Shown here: one piece after another, positions 1 to 13,124 of the stretch | How the letters are laid out: every line of letters starts with the position of its first letter | How positions within the stretch are numbered: position 1 is the stretch's first letter | DNA from: Octopus vulgaris | Taxonomy: Eukaryota | NCBI GenBank assembly: GCA_951406725.2 | Contig: OX597819.1 | Location: forward strand, 63,240,001 to 63,304,000 | DNA length: 64,000 nucleotides | Direction: 5' to 3' | The notes under the pieces: generated by a model | Told to the model about the DNA's origin: nothing | What the model saw: only the letters and a program-made list of their open reading frames with translations | Database searches by the model: none | Made by a program: the position numbers and the translations under genes

Positions 1-590
1 GGAAAGATTGTAGGTGGGATCCCATGGTCATTACTGAGCAAAGGGTTCTTTACTTATTACTATTTATTTTGTTTGAAATGGAAGAAGTGTTGTTATGCCT
101 TTTAAGACCGGGAATTTGCAGAATCGTGTTACAAGATAATACTGGAGGGGAATCTTTTTGGACATGTGTTGCTATATGAGCAGAAGCTACGTGCATGCGT
201 GACACAGTCTTGTTTATTCGGTAATTCTATTACCAGGTCACTGGAATGATCGTGAGTATAACGAATCGGTCAAATATTCGAAGCTTCTCACCGTTTACGT
301 TGAGGTCCGTAGGTTCTCCCAGATCCTCAGAGTAATCCCTAAGATATATGTTCATTATATAGATTATTCAATGTGCTCCCTATTTCTCACGTCCGTTTTT
401 CAACACTTTTTAACACTCTCTGATCTCCCTATAATTTTTTCTTCCCTGTCTAACACTTATTTTCTTAAACTTCTAGACATCCAGATGACAACCCTATCGT
501 GACTGCAAAATTTATAGCTTTTACAATCCATTGTAGCTTATTCCTTATTCATTACAGCCTACCTCATCCAACCCCCAACCAGACTTTCTC

Positions 591-780
591 TTTTACTCTT
601 TTTCTTGTTTCAGTCATTTGACTGGACCACCGCCTTTAGTCGAGCAAATCGACGCCAGGACTTATTCTTTGTAAACCTAGTACTCATTCTATCGGTGTCT
701 TTGCCGAACCGCTAAGTTACAGGGACGTAAACACACCAGCATCGTTGGGGGTACAAACACAGACACGCAAACATATACAC

Positions 781-840
<60 letters not shown>

Positions 841-973
841 TACAACAGGCTTCTTTCAGTTTGACAAGGATTTGGTCGGCTCGAGGCTATAGTAGAAGAC
901 ACTTACCCAAGGTGAAATGCAGTGGGACTGAACCCGGAACCATGTGGTTGGTAAGCAAGTTACTTACCACACA
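591..973 (-). mobile_element. tRNA-derived CORE-type SINE, family A (resembles octopus OR-type SINEs), with internal (CA)n(TA)n tract
   Basis: Minus strand reads tRNA-like head (tgtggtaagta...ggttccgggttcagtcccactg), CORE-like 'ccttgggtaagtgtcttctactatagcctc', and tail 'tgactgaaacaag'. More than 12 similar copies occur in the window. Confidence 0.85.
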
Positions 974-1039
974 TTCACTCATGAATTTTATAATTACCAT
1001 TCACAGCCCTGTGGCACATGGAGACGGTTATATGACTCC

Positions 1040-1216
1040 TATGGCGTATACGCGGCTGAGATAACAACAATTCAGCTGGACTGGCGCTGAACTGTCGCAG
1101 GGTTACTCTTGTGGAGCTGAGTGAAGTGTAATAAAGTGATTTACACTAAAACGCAACTCACCACCAGATCCGGGAATCGAAACCGGAATCTTGAGTGCAA
1201 CACATTAGCCACTAGG
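1040..1216 (-). mobile_element. Degraded tRNA-derived SINE
   Basis: Reverse strand has A/B-box-like 'tagtggctaatg...ggtttcgattcccgg'. Body is similar to the copies at 38615 and 44030. Confidence 0.5.
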
Positions 1217-1285
1217 TTCCATGGTTTCATTATCTATGTTATAATCTGTTACCTATTTCATTTCCTCCACCATCACTGCGTGCGT

Positions 1286-1598
1286 GGAGGTGCAATGGCC
1301 CAGTGGTTAGGGCAGCGGACTCGCGGTTGGAGGATCGCGGTTTCGGTCCCCAGACCGGGCGCTGTGTGTGTTTATTGAGCGAAAACACCTAAAGCTCCAC
1401 GAGGCTCCGACAAGGAGTGGTGGCGACCCCTGTTGTACTCTTTCGCCCCAACTTTCTCTCACTCTCTCTTCCTGTTTCTTGAGTAACGCTGTGAGGGAGT
1501 GGCGTCCCGCCAAGCTGAGGGTAACACATACACAACAGAAACCAGGAAAACGGGCCCATGAGCCTGGCTATGCTTGAAAACGGCGCATAAATAAATAA
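1286..1598 (+). mobile_element. tRNA-derived SINE with V-domain-like 3' half, (AAAT)n tail and TSD
   Basis: A box tggcccagtgg, B box ggtttcggtccc, V-SINE-like 'gtggcgtcccg...acagaaaccaggaaaacgggcccatgagcc'. TSD atcactgcgtgcgt (1272-1285) / atcactgtgtgcat (1599-1612). Confidence 0.8.
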
Positions 1599-1877
1599 AT
1601 CACTGTGTGCATCACACGGCGGGAATACCTAAGACCAGAGTGAAAACCATTAGCATCAACAACCATCGTATCTCTACCATTCTCTATTTCACCGCTGGTT
1701 TTTTTTTTGTTTGCTTTTGGTTATAAGTGACTGTGTGCAAGTATAAGTGTGTATGTTCTTTTTTATCCACAACACTCGATGTGCTCCCCACTACATTCCC
1801 ATTAAGTAGTCCTTTCAATAAACATCTCATCTCTACAGTACAATCCGACGCTAATTCTGCAGTATGGCGTCACATAA

Positions 1878-2432
1878 TGACATTTTCCTACGATAATACG
1901 TCTGCTTTATTTTAATACGCATGTTCTTTTATCTCTCTTTTCTTTTGGGTTGCTGGTCTGCAACTCCTTTCATACGCAGCTAATCCGTGTCTTTTAGTGG
2001 TTCCTGTTGTCACACGTTTAACGTGGCAAGCTGGCAGAATCGTGAGAATGCTGGGCGAAATGCTTAGCGGATTTTCGTCTGTTAGGGCGGCGAGCTGGCC
2101 GAAAGGTTAGCACGCCGGGTGAGATGCTTAGCAGTATTTCGTTTGCCGTTACGTTCTGAGTTCAAATTTCGCCGAGGTCGACTTTGCCTTTCATCCTTTC
2201 GGAGTCGATAAATTAAGTACCAGTTAATCGACTTAGTACCTATGTCTGTCCTTGTGTGTCCCCTCTATGTTTAGCCCCTAGTGGGTAATAAAGAAATAGG
2301 TATTTCGTTGACATTTTCCTACGATAATACTGTCTGCTTTATTTTAATGCGCATGTTTTTTTCTCTTTTCTTTTCGGTTGCTGGTCTGCAACTCCTCTCA
2401 TACGCAGCTAATCGGTGTGTTTTAGTTGTTTC
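1878..2432 (+). repeat. ~125-bp direct duplication (1878-2002 and 2309-2432) bracketing a SINE
   Basis: Both copies run tgacattttcctacgataatac...gctggtctgcaactcct...catacgcagctaatc. Confidence 0.9.
2023..2306 (+). mobile_element. SINE family B (ggcggcgagctggcagaa head, Nin/Deu-like central domain): partial head at 2023 plus full copy from 2086
   Basis: Two heads in tandem, central 'gactttgcctttcatcctttcggagtcgataaattaagtaccag', tail 'gtccttgtgtgtcccctctatgtttagcccc...aataaagaaat'. Confidence 0.8.
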
Positions 2433-3714
2433 TTTTTACTTGGACGCCACCATCTTTAATAAGTCAATCAATTTTTCCATGAAGAACATGGTTGGAATAT
2501 CTTCATTGCGAAAGATCGCAAATATTCTCTGAAATTCCAATCATGTGATGTGGCATAAATGCACACACACACATACCACACACACATACATATGTACATA
2601 TCAATAGTAGTAAGATTATTACGAAGTGGCACAGCATAAAGTTTAATTCCTTTTTCCCAGTGAGGAAATCAGTAAACTTTTGGAGAAATACCTTACAAAT
2701 TACTAATTATATATATATATACACATATACACACATTTTTTAAAAGATTAAACTCGTATTTTGCTTTCGAAATGTCGCGGATCACACGACCCCCTCCATT
2801 TCCAAATTCCAAATTTCTATAATGCTTATTAAACAACATTCGAACGACCCATGAGAAGTGTAATTAAACATGCCTATTCACTTGTTAGCTAAACCTTACA
2901 ACGTTCCGAACAATGGTAGTTAGTTTTAAGTAGCCATTTCCTCATAATTATAGCTGTTGTAATCTAATTACTGCTGATCTCCCAATTAAAAGAATACACA
3001 ATTCTTTAATTCAAAACCTATGTAGTGAAATAACGTACAAATGTAAGCGTTCGAATATGATAGATTAAAGTAGGGAGTACACTATACAACTACAGTAAGA
3101 CACCCTATGCTAGCAAGGAAAACTTAGCGTAGAGCTGGATTCTAGAAGAACTCTAGCTAATTCTACGAAGTCGTGCATTTTATCGATGCTAAATTAGTAA
3201 TATGATCTCTATCGAAGCACACACAGGTGTATAACATAAGGAGAATGCATTGGAGAATATGGCCTCTGATACGCAATATCTGGAAAAAAGAGAAGACAGT
3301 TCAATGAGGGATGATCTGCGCTTAAAAAGCTAATTTAAGAAATATTTCCTTCAAAGTGTGAAACCATACACTCACGTTTAGTTTTATCGGTTGCTCATCG
3401 GAGAAAATGTCGTTTAGTATTTATGTAAATTTCCAATTTGAATTTTAAATATTGCCAATATTGCCAGACGAAATTGCGTTGTCGATAAATTTGCGCGCGC
3501 GAAGCGGTGAAATTAGAAAATACCGATAAAATAAATACCAGTGTATAAGGAGAAGTTGATAAGGCATTTTTCAAATACAGGGAGTTGATAAATAATTGTT
3601 TCTAATTAAGCGTTAGGGCCAGCAGGGTGTCATACGATTGTATTGGACAGCGGTAATGAATCTGTACTTTATTTTATAGACTCCGAAATAATTGATAAAT
3701 ACTATTTTAGAATT

Positions 3715-4125
3715 GTGGTATAAAGCCAAAAAATTTGAGAGGAGGTGGAGAAGTACCGGTACTGGACTTATACATTATTTTATCGATCCAGGAGAGATAT
3801 AAGATAAAGTTGGCCTCGAAGGTATTACAGCTAAGATTATAAAGTACCATACCACCTGAGGCAAGACATCTTCCTGACACGTTACCAATTCTTCCATCTC
3901 AAAGCTTTATGGTGTAGATAATTAATCCTTTCTACAACAGGTACAATACCTGAAATTTTGGTGTGGAGGGTAAAGTCGATTACATCGACCCAAATGTGCA
4001 ACTGGTACTTAATTCATAAACTTCAAAATGATGAAAGGCAACGTCGATCTAGGTGGCATTAGAACTTAGAATGCAAAGACGAGCGAAATGCCACTAAGCA
4101 TGTTTTCCGTTGGGCAATTCTGCTA
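3715..4125 (-). mobile_element. Two diverged SINE family B copies
   Basis: Reverse complement of family B motifs: 'gtcgattacatcgaccc...ctggtactt...gatgaaaggcaacgtcgat...gaacttagaa' at ~3975-4070 and a weaker copy at ~3755-3890. Confidence 0.55.
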
Positions 4126-5161
4126 GATAACCCCCTATGTAGTTAATAAAGTCAATGAAATTACTATTAAAATGCACAGTTTTGTGAACGAGTGCCTATA
4201 TTCAAAATAAGTATAATTATAGAGATTTGCATAGCATGCATCTTTTCCTCGGAGGATCAAGTTCATTTGATTCATTCCATATATCTGCCAGTTAGACTAC
4301 TATAAAATTGAAAAAAAAAGGATCTCTAGTCAAGTTATATAATGTTACCTTCATATCAAGTTATACCTGGATAGGAAACTATTTATTGTAGGTAATATTC
4401 CCTGATAGTCTGGTATTCAACTAAGACAGAATAAAATGTGATATCCCAAACATGCAAGGGAAGTCTTTCAAAAGATTTGAAATATAAAATCAATGAAGAG
4501 TAGTTCAGTATCCTGTCCACTAAAACATTTTGCTTTTATGTATGATGGGTCACTATGGTTATTAAACAACATCAGCAGCAGCAGCAGCTACGGTGTTCTG
4601 TCAGCTCAAGTCTTAACTTGTGTACATAAATGCAGATATATAGAATGAATCCTCTTTTATCGACCCCAGAAATATGAGGTGTGTGTGTGTGTGTGTTTGT
4701 GTATGTGTGTGTACAGATTTATGCCACATCACATACCTAGAATATCAGAAGAGAATTGTCCCTAATTAAGTGTTGTAGGAACACATTTTGCTCATATTCT
4801 AGCCCCTACGTAATGAGCAGCAGCGAACATTTATTTCTGCTCTGTAAGGCAACTGCAAAAGTCTGTAAAACTTTCCAGAAGTTTATCATTTAAATTTATA
4901 TGAGCATGTCTAGATATACAACTATATGCATGAGATTACACACATAAGACATACAAATCTTCACATACAAACATACATACATACATACATACATACATAC
5001 ATACATACATACATACATACATACATACATACATACAAAAATATCCTGTTGTTGATGTTAAAATTCCTATGAAAGAGCCCTGCTCCAGGTTGGAAACCGG
5101 TTCTATCTTTATTGGCAAGAAATCTTGACATAAACTGAGTCATGACATACATGTACATACA

Positions 5162-5665
5162 TATGAACGTAAGTCAAAAGTTATCTGCATTTTCATCATA
5201 ACATATCTTTATTATTTTCACACAACCTTCTGCGCATGCGTGCTTATAGTTGATACTATTGTAGTCACGTGATCGAAGTTTGAGACTGATCATGCCATTT
5301 TACTTTCTGGCCTTACAGTGTAAGCTTGGCGGCTCCACTAGAAATTTTCACCAAAGAAGAACAAAGAGCAGTGAGCCGATTTCTCTGGTCGGACAGTGTG
5401 TCGGGCGCTGAAATCCAATGGAAGCTTTTAGCACAATACGGGGTCAGTGCATTACCACGTAGAAATGAGTATGAGTGGACCGAGAAGCTTAAAAATGGCC
5501 GGACAAGCGTCACACACAAAGAGGGAGGCGGACGTATGTTATCTCCACCACTGACATAAATGCATAAATGGTTGCATGGCAAACCGAAAACCTTCTTGGA
5601 GGGAATAGGCAACCTTGTGGACCAAGTGCATTGAAAAGGAAGGGAAGAAAACTATATAGAGAAAT
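5162..5665 (+). mobile_element. Internally deleted mariner element (transposase N-terminal HTH joined to C-terminus)
   Basis: 5326-5559 encodes ...TKEEQRAVSRFLWSDSVSGAEIQWKLLAQYG...YEWTEKLKNGRTSV (mariner HTH). 5560-5660 encodes a frameshifted HKWLHGKPKTF..EGI..L...KCIEKEG (mariner C-terminus). The catalytic core is absent. Confidence 0.8.
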
Positions 5666-5988
5666 GGACGCGTTTCTGAGTTACGCGTCCACAAGTAATC
5701 AAATGCCAGATGAATTGTCGCTATTTTTTCATCTATGCCTTACGTGAATTGTTTTTGAGTATACATTGTCTGGGAGATTCTTCTTATATTAGCTAGGTTC
5801 TTTGGCTGCTATTTCTAAAAGTTCGGTATGTAGCAAAGCAAATTTTTTGCTGAACCCTAATTATAATTATACTCATAATTATATAAAGTAGTTTTTAAGT
5901 TTACCGTAAATGGTCCTTTTAACATGCTGAACACTACTTGGTAAAATTATTAATTACTAATTAATTAATTAATTTTACTCTTTATTAT

Positions 5989-6031
<43 letters not shown>

Positions 6032-6032
<1 letters not shown>

Positions 6033-6236
6033 TCTTTACTCTTTGACTTGTTTCAGTCGTTTGATTGTGGCCATGCTGGGGCACCACCTTTAGTCGAGAA
6101 AATCGACCCCAGAACTTATTCTTTGTAAGCCTGGTACTTATTATATCGGCCTCTTTTGCTGAACTGCTAAGTTACGGGGACGTAAACACACCAGCATCTG
6201 TTGTCAAGCGATGTTGGGTGAACAAACATAGACACA

Positions 6237-6318
<82 letters not shown>

Positions 6319-6455
6319 CGACGGTCTTCTTTCAGTTTCTGTCCTCCAAATCCACTCACAAGTCTTTGGTCAGCCTGAGGTTATAGTAGAAGACACTTGC
6401 CCTAGGAGCCACGCAGTGGGACTGAACCCGGAACCATATGGTTGGAAAGCAAGCT
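6032..6455 (-). mobile_element. SINE family A
   Basis: Near full-length match to the 591-973 family, with expanded internal (CA)n(TA)n. Confidence 0.85.
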
Positions 6456-6499
6456 GTATATTATACTGGGACACCACTTTGAGGAATTTTTAGTCTCCA

Positions 6500-6593
6500 T
6501 TGCAAACTTTTGCCGAACCAATAATCTACAGGAACATAATCACGCTGACACCGGTGCTAGTGGGTAAACACAGGCACAATTTTGCACTACTCC

Positions 6594-6633
<40 letters not shown>

Positions 6634-6820
6634 TTGTATACATGCATACATATGTATATACACACGTATATATGACGGACTTCTTTCAGTTTTCATCTAC
6701 TAAATCCTTTCATAAGGCTTATGTTGTTGAGGACTATAGTAGAGGAAACTTGCCCAAGGTGCACGCAGGAGGACTGAACCCGGAACCATGTGACTGGAAA
6801 GTAAGCTTGCTACTACACAT
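6500..6820 (-). mobile_element. SINE family A, diverged and partial
   Basis: 'gacggacttctttcagttt...ttgcccaaggtgcacgcag...ggactgaacccggaacc'. Confidence 0.7.
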
Positions 6821-7899
6821 TCACATAAGTGTGTGTGTGTGTGAGCGGGAGTTTGTCCGTTTGTTCGCAAACTATAATATAGACGTGTTAAACACCACGT
6901 GGAGTCTATTCGTCGCTCGAAAACACGTCATACGCATGATTTTATCCCTTACACAGTAAAGTGTATTAATCGGATCAAAACTCCTACTGAATATTTTATT
7001 CTTCTATAGCTTATATATTTAATTTACATATCGTTCTATGTTCATGCATTGGATACTATTTTTGTTGTAATTATTTATTTATTTTTGGGTTTTTGTCTAC
7101 GAGGTTAGCTTAAGACAATATTTCCATCGCAACTGTGTCTGATGTGTGACGTTAGATAGAAGCTGCGAGAATATTGTTTGTTTGTTTTATTTTTTTTCAG
7201 ATGTTCATTTGTATATTTATTGTTTGAGCAAGTTCTCTTCTATAAATGTTAAACTTTAGATGTTTTGCCTCACTCATCAAATTTTGTCATTGCTATTTTT
7301 CTTTTCTTTTCTCTTAGTTATATTTATTTTCGCTTCTCTACTTTGTATTCCACATCCTGCAACCTTACTCTAATACGAAATTCTTTAATCTCTTTCTTCT
7401 TGGTAGCAATAATATTGATCGAACGCTTATATTTCGAAATGAAGGTTAATGGAAAAACTTTGACTTAAACGTTTCCGATGTCGTGTAGTTGTTTCAATCT
7501 TGTTGCCATCTCAATTTACTTCATGTTATTACCACGAAGAAATCGTAAAATAAAGATTAAAATTTAAATTCGATGGAAATAATTCAAAACACTAAGTAAA
7601 CAAAGTTGTTTCGAAACTATGGAACTGTCGAGGGAAAGTGTGATTAATAAATTGGAATTCTAAAATAAACTCAAAATCTTCAACAGTAGATTACATAACA
7701 CAAACATAAAGGGTTGGAATCACATGAAATGTATTTATAATGCGTTTGAAATCGACAATGTTTAAAGGAAATGCGTAAGCGCAAATGGCGACTTCTTACT
7801 TAACTTATGAAAGATCCATTCATATAAATGTGTTAATCTATTGGAATGATTAAAATGAAAATGCATTATCGTTCACACTCAAATGAATACATACATACA

Positions 7900-7948
<49 letters not shown>

Positions 7949-8305
7949 GAATGTATGTATGTGTATGTATATACATATATATGTGTGTGTGTGTGTTTGT
8001 GTCTGTATATACATACATATGTATATGTATTTCTCTCTCTATATATATTTGTTTATATGTGTATATTTGTGTGTATATATATATATATGTAGAGATAGAT
8101 ATATACACACACAGAGACAGATACAGATCCACAACACACACACATTTATATACAGACACGTGTATATATATGTGTTTGTGAGTATCGATGTAGATATACA
8201 TTGATATATCTGCATGGATGTGTACTAATTAAACCCCTCCACACATACATATACACAAACACACACATGCCTACATACATATATATGCCTATATAGACAT
8301 ATATA

Positions 8306-8384
<79 letters not shown>

Positions 8385-8427
8385 GTCAATATATAAATAT
8401 GTATATGTATGTATTCGTTTATTATGC

Positions 8428-8630
8428 TATTTGCTTCAGTCACTTGACTGCGGCCACGCTGGAGCACCGCATTAAAGGGGTTTAGTGGAAGAAAGTGACC
8501 CAAGGACTTATTCTTTGTAAGCCTAGTAGTTATTCCACTGGTATATCTTACCGAACTGCTGAGTTATGCGGACGTAAACAGCAAGATAGATTGTCAAGCG
8601 GTGGTGAGGAGGGGCACAAAGTCACACACA
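8428..8630 (-). mobile_element. SINE family A, 3' half
   Basis: 'ttcagtcacttgactgcggccacgctggagcaccgc...ggacttattctttgtaagcctag'. Confidence 0.75.
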
Positions 8631-8752
8631 CATAAATGTATGCATATATTTATATATATATACATACACATAATCATGCATTTACTTGCATATATAAATG
8701 TGTGTTTGTCTAATTAATATGTATATGAAATATAATAGGTAAAATATATGTG

Positions 8753-8788
<36 letters not shown>

Positions 8789-9248
8789 TGTATGTATGTA
8801 TACACACACATGACCTCTCATACTCACATAAACAGCCACCATACACATGTATATACCTGTCGAAACCACAGCCGTGTCGGAGTTTTATAACTTTTCGTAA
8901 TTCGTTCCTGTTTCGTCATAATATCATCGTTTGTTTCGAATAGTAATGTTCCGAAATCTATTCTCAATGTCTAGACGCTCATATACCAGAGAATATCACG
9001 TGTTGCTTAAATGTGATTTAATCTCTTTAGTGACACTAGTCAAAGCATCTTTGTTCAGTGTAGGCAAATTCTCGTTATCTTATAGTTTAGCCGATTGATT
9101 AATACATTATCATCCAAATATTAATTTTTCTAGGAGTCGTGCATGTTACATATACATACATACACACACACACACATGCATACATACATACATATATACA
9201 TACATACATACGTACATACATACATACATGCATTCATACATACATACA

Positions 9249-9284
<36 letters not shown>

Positions 9285-9682
9285 CACGACCAAAACGCCC
9301 CCCCCCCCCCGTCCAATGGACGGTGCTGAGTTGTCAAACATTTAAACCAAATTTTCTCATAACAACTTGTCTGACCGTCTCATAGGCCTCTTCTTTGAGA
9401 AACACTGATTTATTCTAAATTTGAGACGCCAGCAAAAGAAGAAATAAAGATAGACTTTTTTTTCTATTCCAAAGAAAAACGATTTAATTCACAGAAATAT
9501 GCAACCGAGGAGTTTAAAGTACCAGTAATAAGGCTGTTGACTGGGAGAACACAAACATGGTTGGCAGGAAAGTAAGCTTGGCAGGAAAGAAACGTGCCTT
9601 CAAGCAGTACAAAAACAACAAAATATGGAAGCTACAATTATGTACAGGTTGACGGAAGAAAAGGAGGACAAAATGGTTTTAA

Positions 9683-9840
9683 CGATCGCATTCTCACATG
9701 GAATCGATTTTTGTAATTTTTTCAAAACGTATAATGCACGCCCTGTTACCGTCGGTATCTACATATCAAATTTGAGCGCAATCGGATGGAGGATGCCCGA
9801 GATCCTAGAAGACACACACAGAACGGATTTTATATAATAT
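9683..9840 (-). mobile_element. Helitron/Helentron-associated non-autonomous element fragment (5' end)
   Basis: Minus strand 'tatataaaatccgttctgtgtgtgtc...ccatccgattgcgctcaaatttgatatgtag' resembles HINE/DINE-type 5' ends. Confidence 0.45.
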
Positions 9841-10309
9841 ATATATATATATATATAGTTAGATAGATATATATGCACACAAATATATATATATATATAT
9901 AATCATATATGTGTTTATTGTATATTTATATATTCTATAACTGTGCAATTATGTGAGTTTATGTGTGTAATTCTGCGTTGAGACTGCATCGAAAGTAGTG
10001 ATTCCATCTTTAATTGTTCTTGTAGAGTGTTGTGTTGAATAATGGTGTGTTTCTATTAACTGTTTTTAAATATAGAGCAATATGCGGAAATACAGTATTA
10101 GAAGCCGATAACACAATTCACGCTGATATACTGGGCAAAAATAGCCTAAGTCCTGCGAAAGTGCTATGTATTTAGCAATTCATTGAAATGTGGAACATAA
10201 TACAATTTGTATTAACAAGAATCTATCATAGAATATCATCTTAACAAAAAAAAAATTAAATAAGTACACATGTGTGAGATTTTCCTAACTATATAAGGTT
10301 TCTCTTAAT

Positions 10310-10800
10310 CATTATCTTGATAACTTATGAGAAAACAAACCCGGCGCTTGCAATTTACTTAACAAAGAAACCCAATTAGTAGATATTGTCCTCAAAATAG
10401 AGGATAACATCAAAATAGATTAATCTCCTGCGATTTGTAGCATGTACAAAAATAATTCTCTGGCAGCATCCTCTCCCACCTTGCTGACATTTAAACTCAG
10501 CTAAATGTGAATTAGGTAAAATTAGCAAAACCATCTTTGATTCGATTAAGTGTAGCATAAAGCAAATCGATAGTCAATCCATTTAGAATAATATCACCAC
10601 CCTCATTAAGTTGTTTAATGATATCAATTAGAAACGTAGATGTAAATTTGCAATCATATAGAATTTTATCTAGCATAACCAAATCGCTTTTACAATAAAG
10701 TTTAGTTTTCAGGAGAAGATTCTTGACAATTAGAATTATTGATATGAACATAATTAAACATAACAGACGTCTACTCTTTTGTTTTGAGGTGGAACATCTT
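10310..10800 (+). mobile_element. Degraded Penelope-like (Naiad-type) reverse transcriptase fragment
   Basis: Frameshifted peptides LKIEDNI, LNSAKCELGKISKTIFDSI, LFNDIN*KRRCKF and SITKSLL parallel the 34.7-36 kb element (LINSAKSE...ISKNILD...WFKGIREKHNCKF...PSISRPL). Confidence 0.65.
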
Positions 10801-11164
10801 AGAGAACCTCTTGAGGTATTTCTGATAGAGCCGAATTATGTGAAATAATAGGCTTAATATGAAATATTTAATTTCAAGTTCAAGTTTTCAGAGTACTTCA
10901 CCAATATATTTATTCTCACGCATCTTTCCCCCTTACTCACCTTTAGACCCCGCCCCTAAAATTAAAGATATTCACACACTAACACCGAACTTACTCTCTA
11001 TATGTATATTCATATATTCGCTACAATAGCACACAAATATCATTTTACGTTAAGTTTATTTCCAGGCACAAATGCACTTTATAATTGCATTTACTCACCT
11101 GTCCCTTGTCCTTTCTTAACTACATTCCATGAGAACAACATACCCTGCTATTTTCTAATGCTTC

Positions 11165-11470
11165 TACTCTTTTACTTGTTTCAGTCATTTGACTGCGGCC
11201 ATGCTGGAGCACCGCTTTAGTCGGTGCTTCAGGACGTATTCTTTGTAAGCTTAGTGCTTATTCTACCGGTGTCTTTTGAAAACACACCACCATCGGCTGT
11301 CAAGCGATGTTGGGGGGACGAACACAGACACACAAACATATACACACACATATAAATATGCATATATGCGACGGGCTTCTTTCAGTTTCCGTCTACCAAA
11401 TTCACTCACAAGGCCCGAGGCAATAGTAGAAAACACTTTCCCAAGGTGCCACGCAGTGGGACTGAACCCG
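11165..11470 (-). mobile_element. SINE family A, with internal deletions
   Basis: Family A tail, body and CORE segment. Confidence 0.8.
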
Positions 11471-11553
11471 ACAATTTACATTTTTTTAATTATTGTCTAT
11501 ATCCCTTTCTAATCTCCCAAATAGTATGCTGCATCTGATTTATATATATATAC

Positions 11554-11602
<49 letters not shown>

Positions 11603-11639
11603 CACCTGTAGCGAGCAGACAATTGGATATATAATTATA

Positions 11640-12850
11640 CATTTCTAGTGACAATGCGCTTGTAATTCTTTCTTTAATGTACCTTCCTTTTCCATCCAGC
11701 CTAAATCGTTTCATAGAAGTGCTTTCTAATTTCGTGGCGGCTTTCAAGTGATATGCCCTCATTTTCCGATCTCTTAGATACTACGTGGAAAATGCCCGTG
11801 TCTAAGTATTTTCTGCAATCCTAATAACTTATCCGGCCCAGGAAACTTGTGATTTTTGCTATTCTCTGATCCCGTCATTCACTCAGCTCCATTCTCGAGC
11901 TACTTCACGTTGGATATATTCCTGATATGATATTTCTAGCATGGTTTTTTATACCACTCCTGGCATTTTAGCCATCCGATATTCTCTCTTCGTAGAAGCC
12001 CACATTCCACTTACGTATAAGGGCGCAATTAGGACAGTACCATTAAAGAAACTGACACGTAGGGTTTTGTCCAAGTTTGCTTCATCCTATACATATTCCC
12101 CGTGAGAGTGCAGCGTCAGTGTCCAAGCGCATATTCACTGTGATCACAAGATGTAACCGTTTCCTCTGCAATTTCATAACCTTCTACATGTATTTTGGTT
12201 TCATGGGGGTTCATTTTCATGTCACCTGCTGAGCTATGGGTGTTTAACCCGATCCACATAGAGTTGCAGACGATCTGTGTATGCATTTGTTTCGGTGATG
12301 AGTATGATGTCATTTCCGAATCTCAGTTGTGTTACTAGCTTATTGCTGGTGTTCACACCAACAGACACTCAATGACTTTTATTATCCAGTATAAATATGC
12401 GGCAGACAGATTTGTAGAGATTGTATCTCCTTCAATGACAGCCTTTCTAAACAGAAATTCTAAGGGTGGTGCTAGTAGAGTTACATCAGCTTTCAACACT
12501 GAGTATGCATCCCTGAGCAGAGTGGTGTCTTGTGCCTCGACATATTGTATTTCCAGAGATTTCAGTAGACTTCATATTGACATTTTTCGATGGTCTTTTC
12601 GTAGTATAAGCTGTCTTACTGTACATATGTTATCCGTAGTACTATAGTTCTTAGGGATTCCGGGTTAGACTTTCGGCCGATGTTCGTATATATCTTTCGG
12701 TAATCTGCTTAATATGATATTTGTGAACAGTGTGTAGAGATATGACAAAACGTATATTCGGTGACAATTTCTTAAATCTTGTTTAACTCTTTTAATATGA
12801 AGTAAGATATTATTCGACTGTTTCCACAGTAACGTATTTTACCCTTCTCC
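11640..12850 (-). mobile_element. Old RTE-clade LINE remnant
   Basis: Minus strand at ~12700-12830 reads WKQSNNILLHIKRVKQDLRNCHRIYVLSYLYTLFTNIILSRL (RT domain 1-2 like). A degenerate C-terminal 'WAG*VIR' lies near 11830. Many stops. Confidence 0.6.
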
Positions 12851-13069
12851 AGATAGCGATTGTAGCTTAGAGCAGTCTGACGAAGGCTAGCCGGCGCACA
12901 CTTCGAAGTCACTGTCAACATTGTAATTTTAAATGCTTAATAAATATATACTCTAGTAAGAAGTATAAACTAATTCTTCAGTTTAACGTTAAAAGGATTT
13001 ATATATAATTTAACATAAAACTATCATTAACACATACACAAAACACACACACACATATATATATATGTA

Positions 13070-13124
<55 letters not shown>

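Noticed and set aside
1-340. Possible RT remnant (VLYLLLFILFEMEEVL resembles SPLLF.L.ME)
   Set aside because: A single weak motif with no supporting neighbouring motifs.
5666-5693. GC-rich hairpin ggacgcgt...acgcgtcc after the mariner remnant
   Set aside because: It could be stem II of a decayed HHR, since nearby 5800-5870 resembles the 50-kb repeat, but the core motifs are absent.
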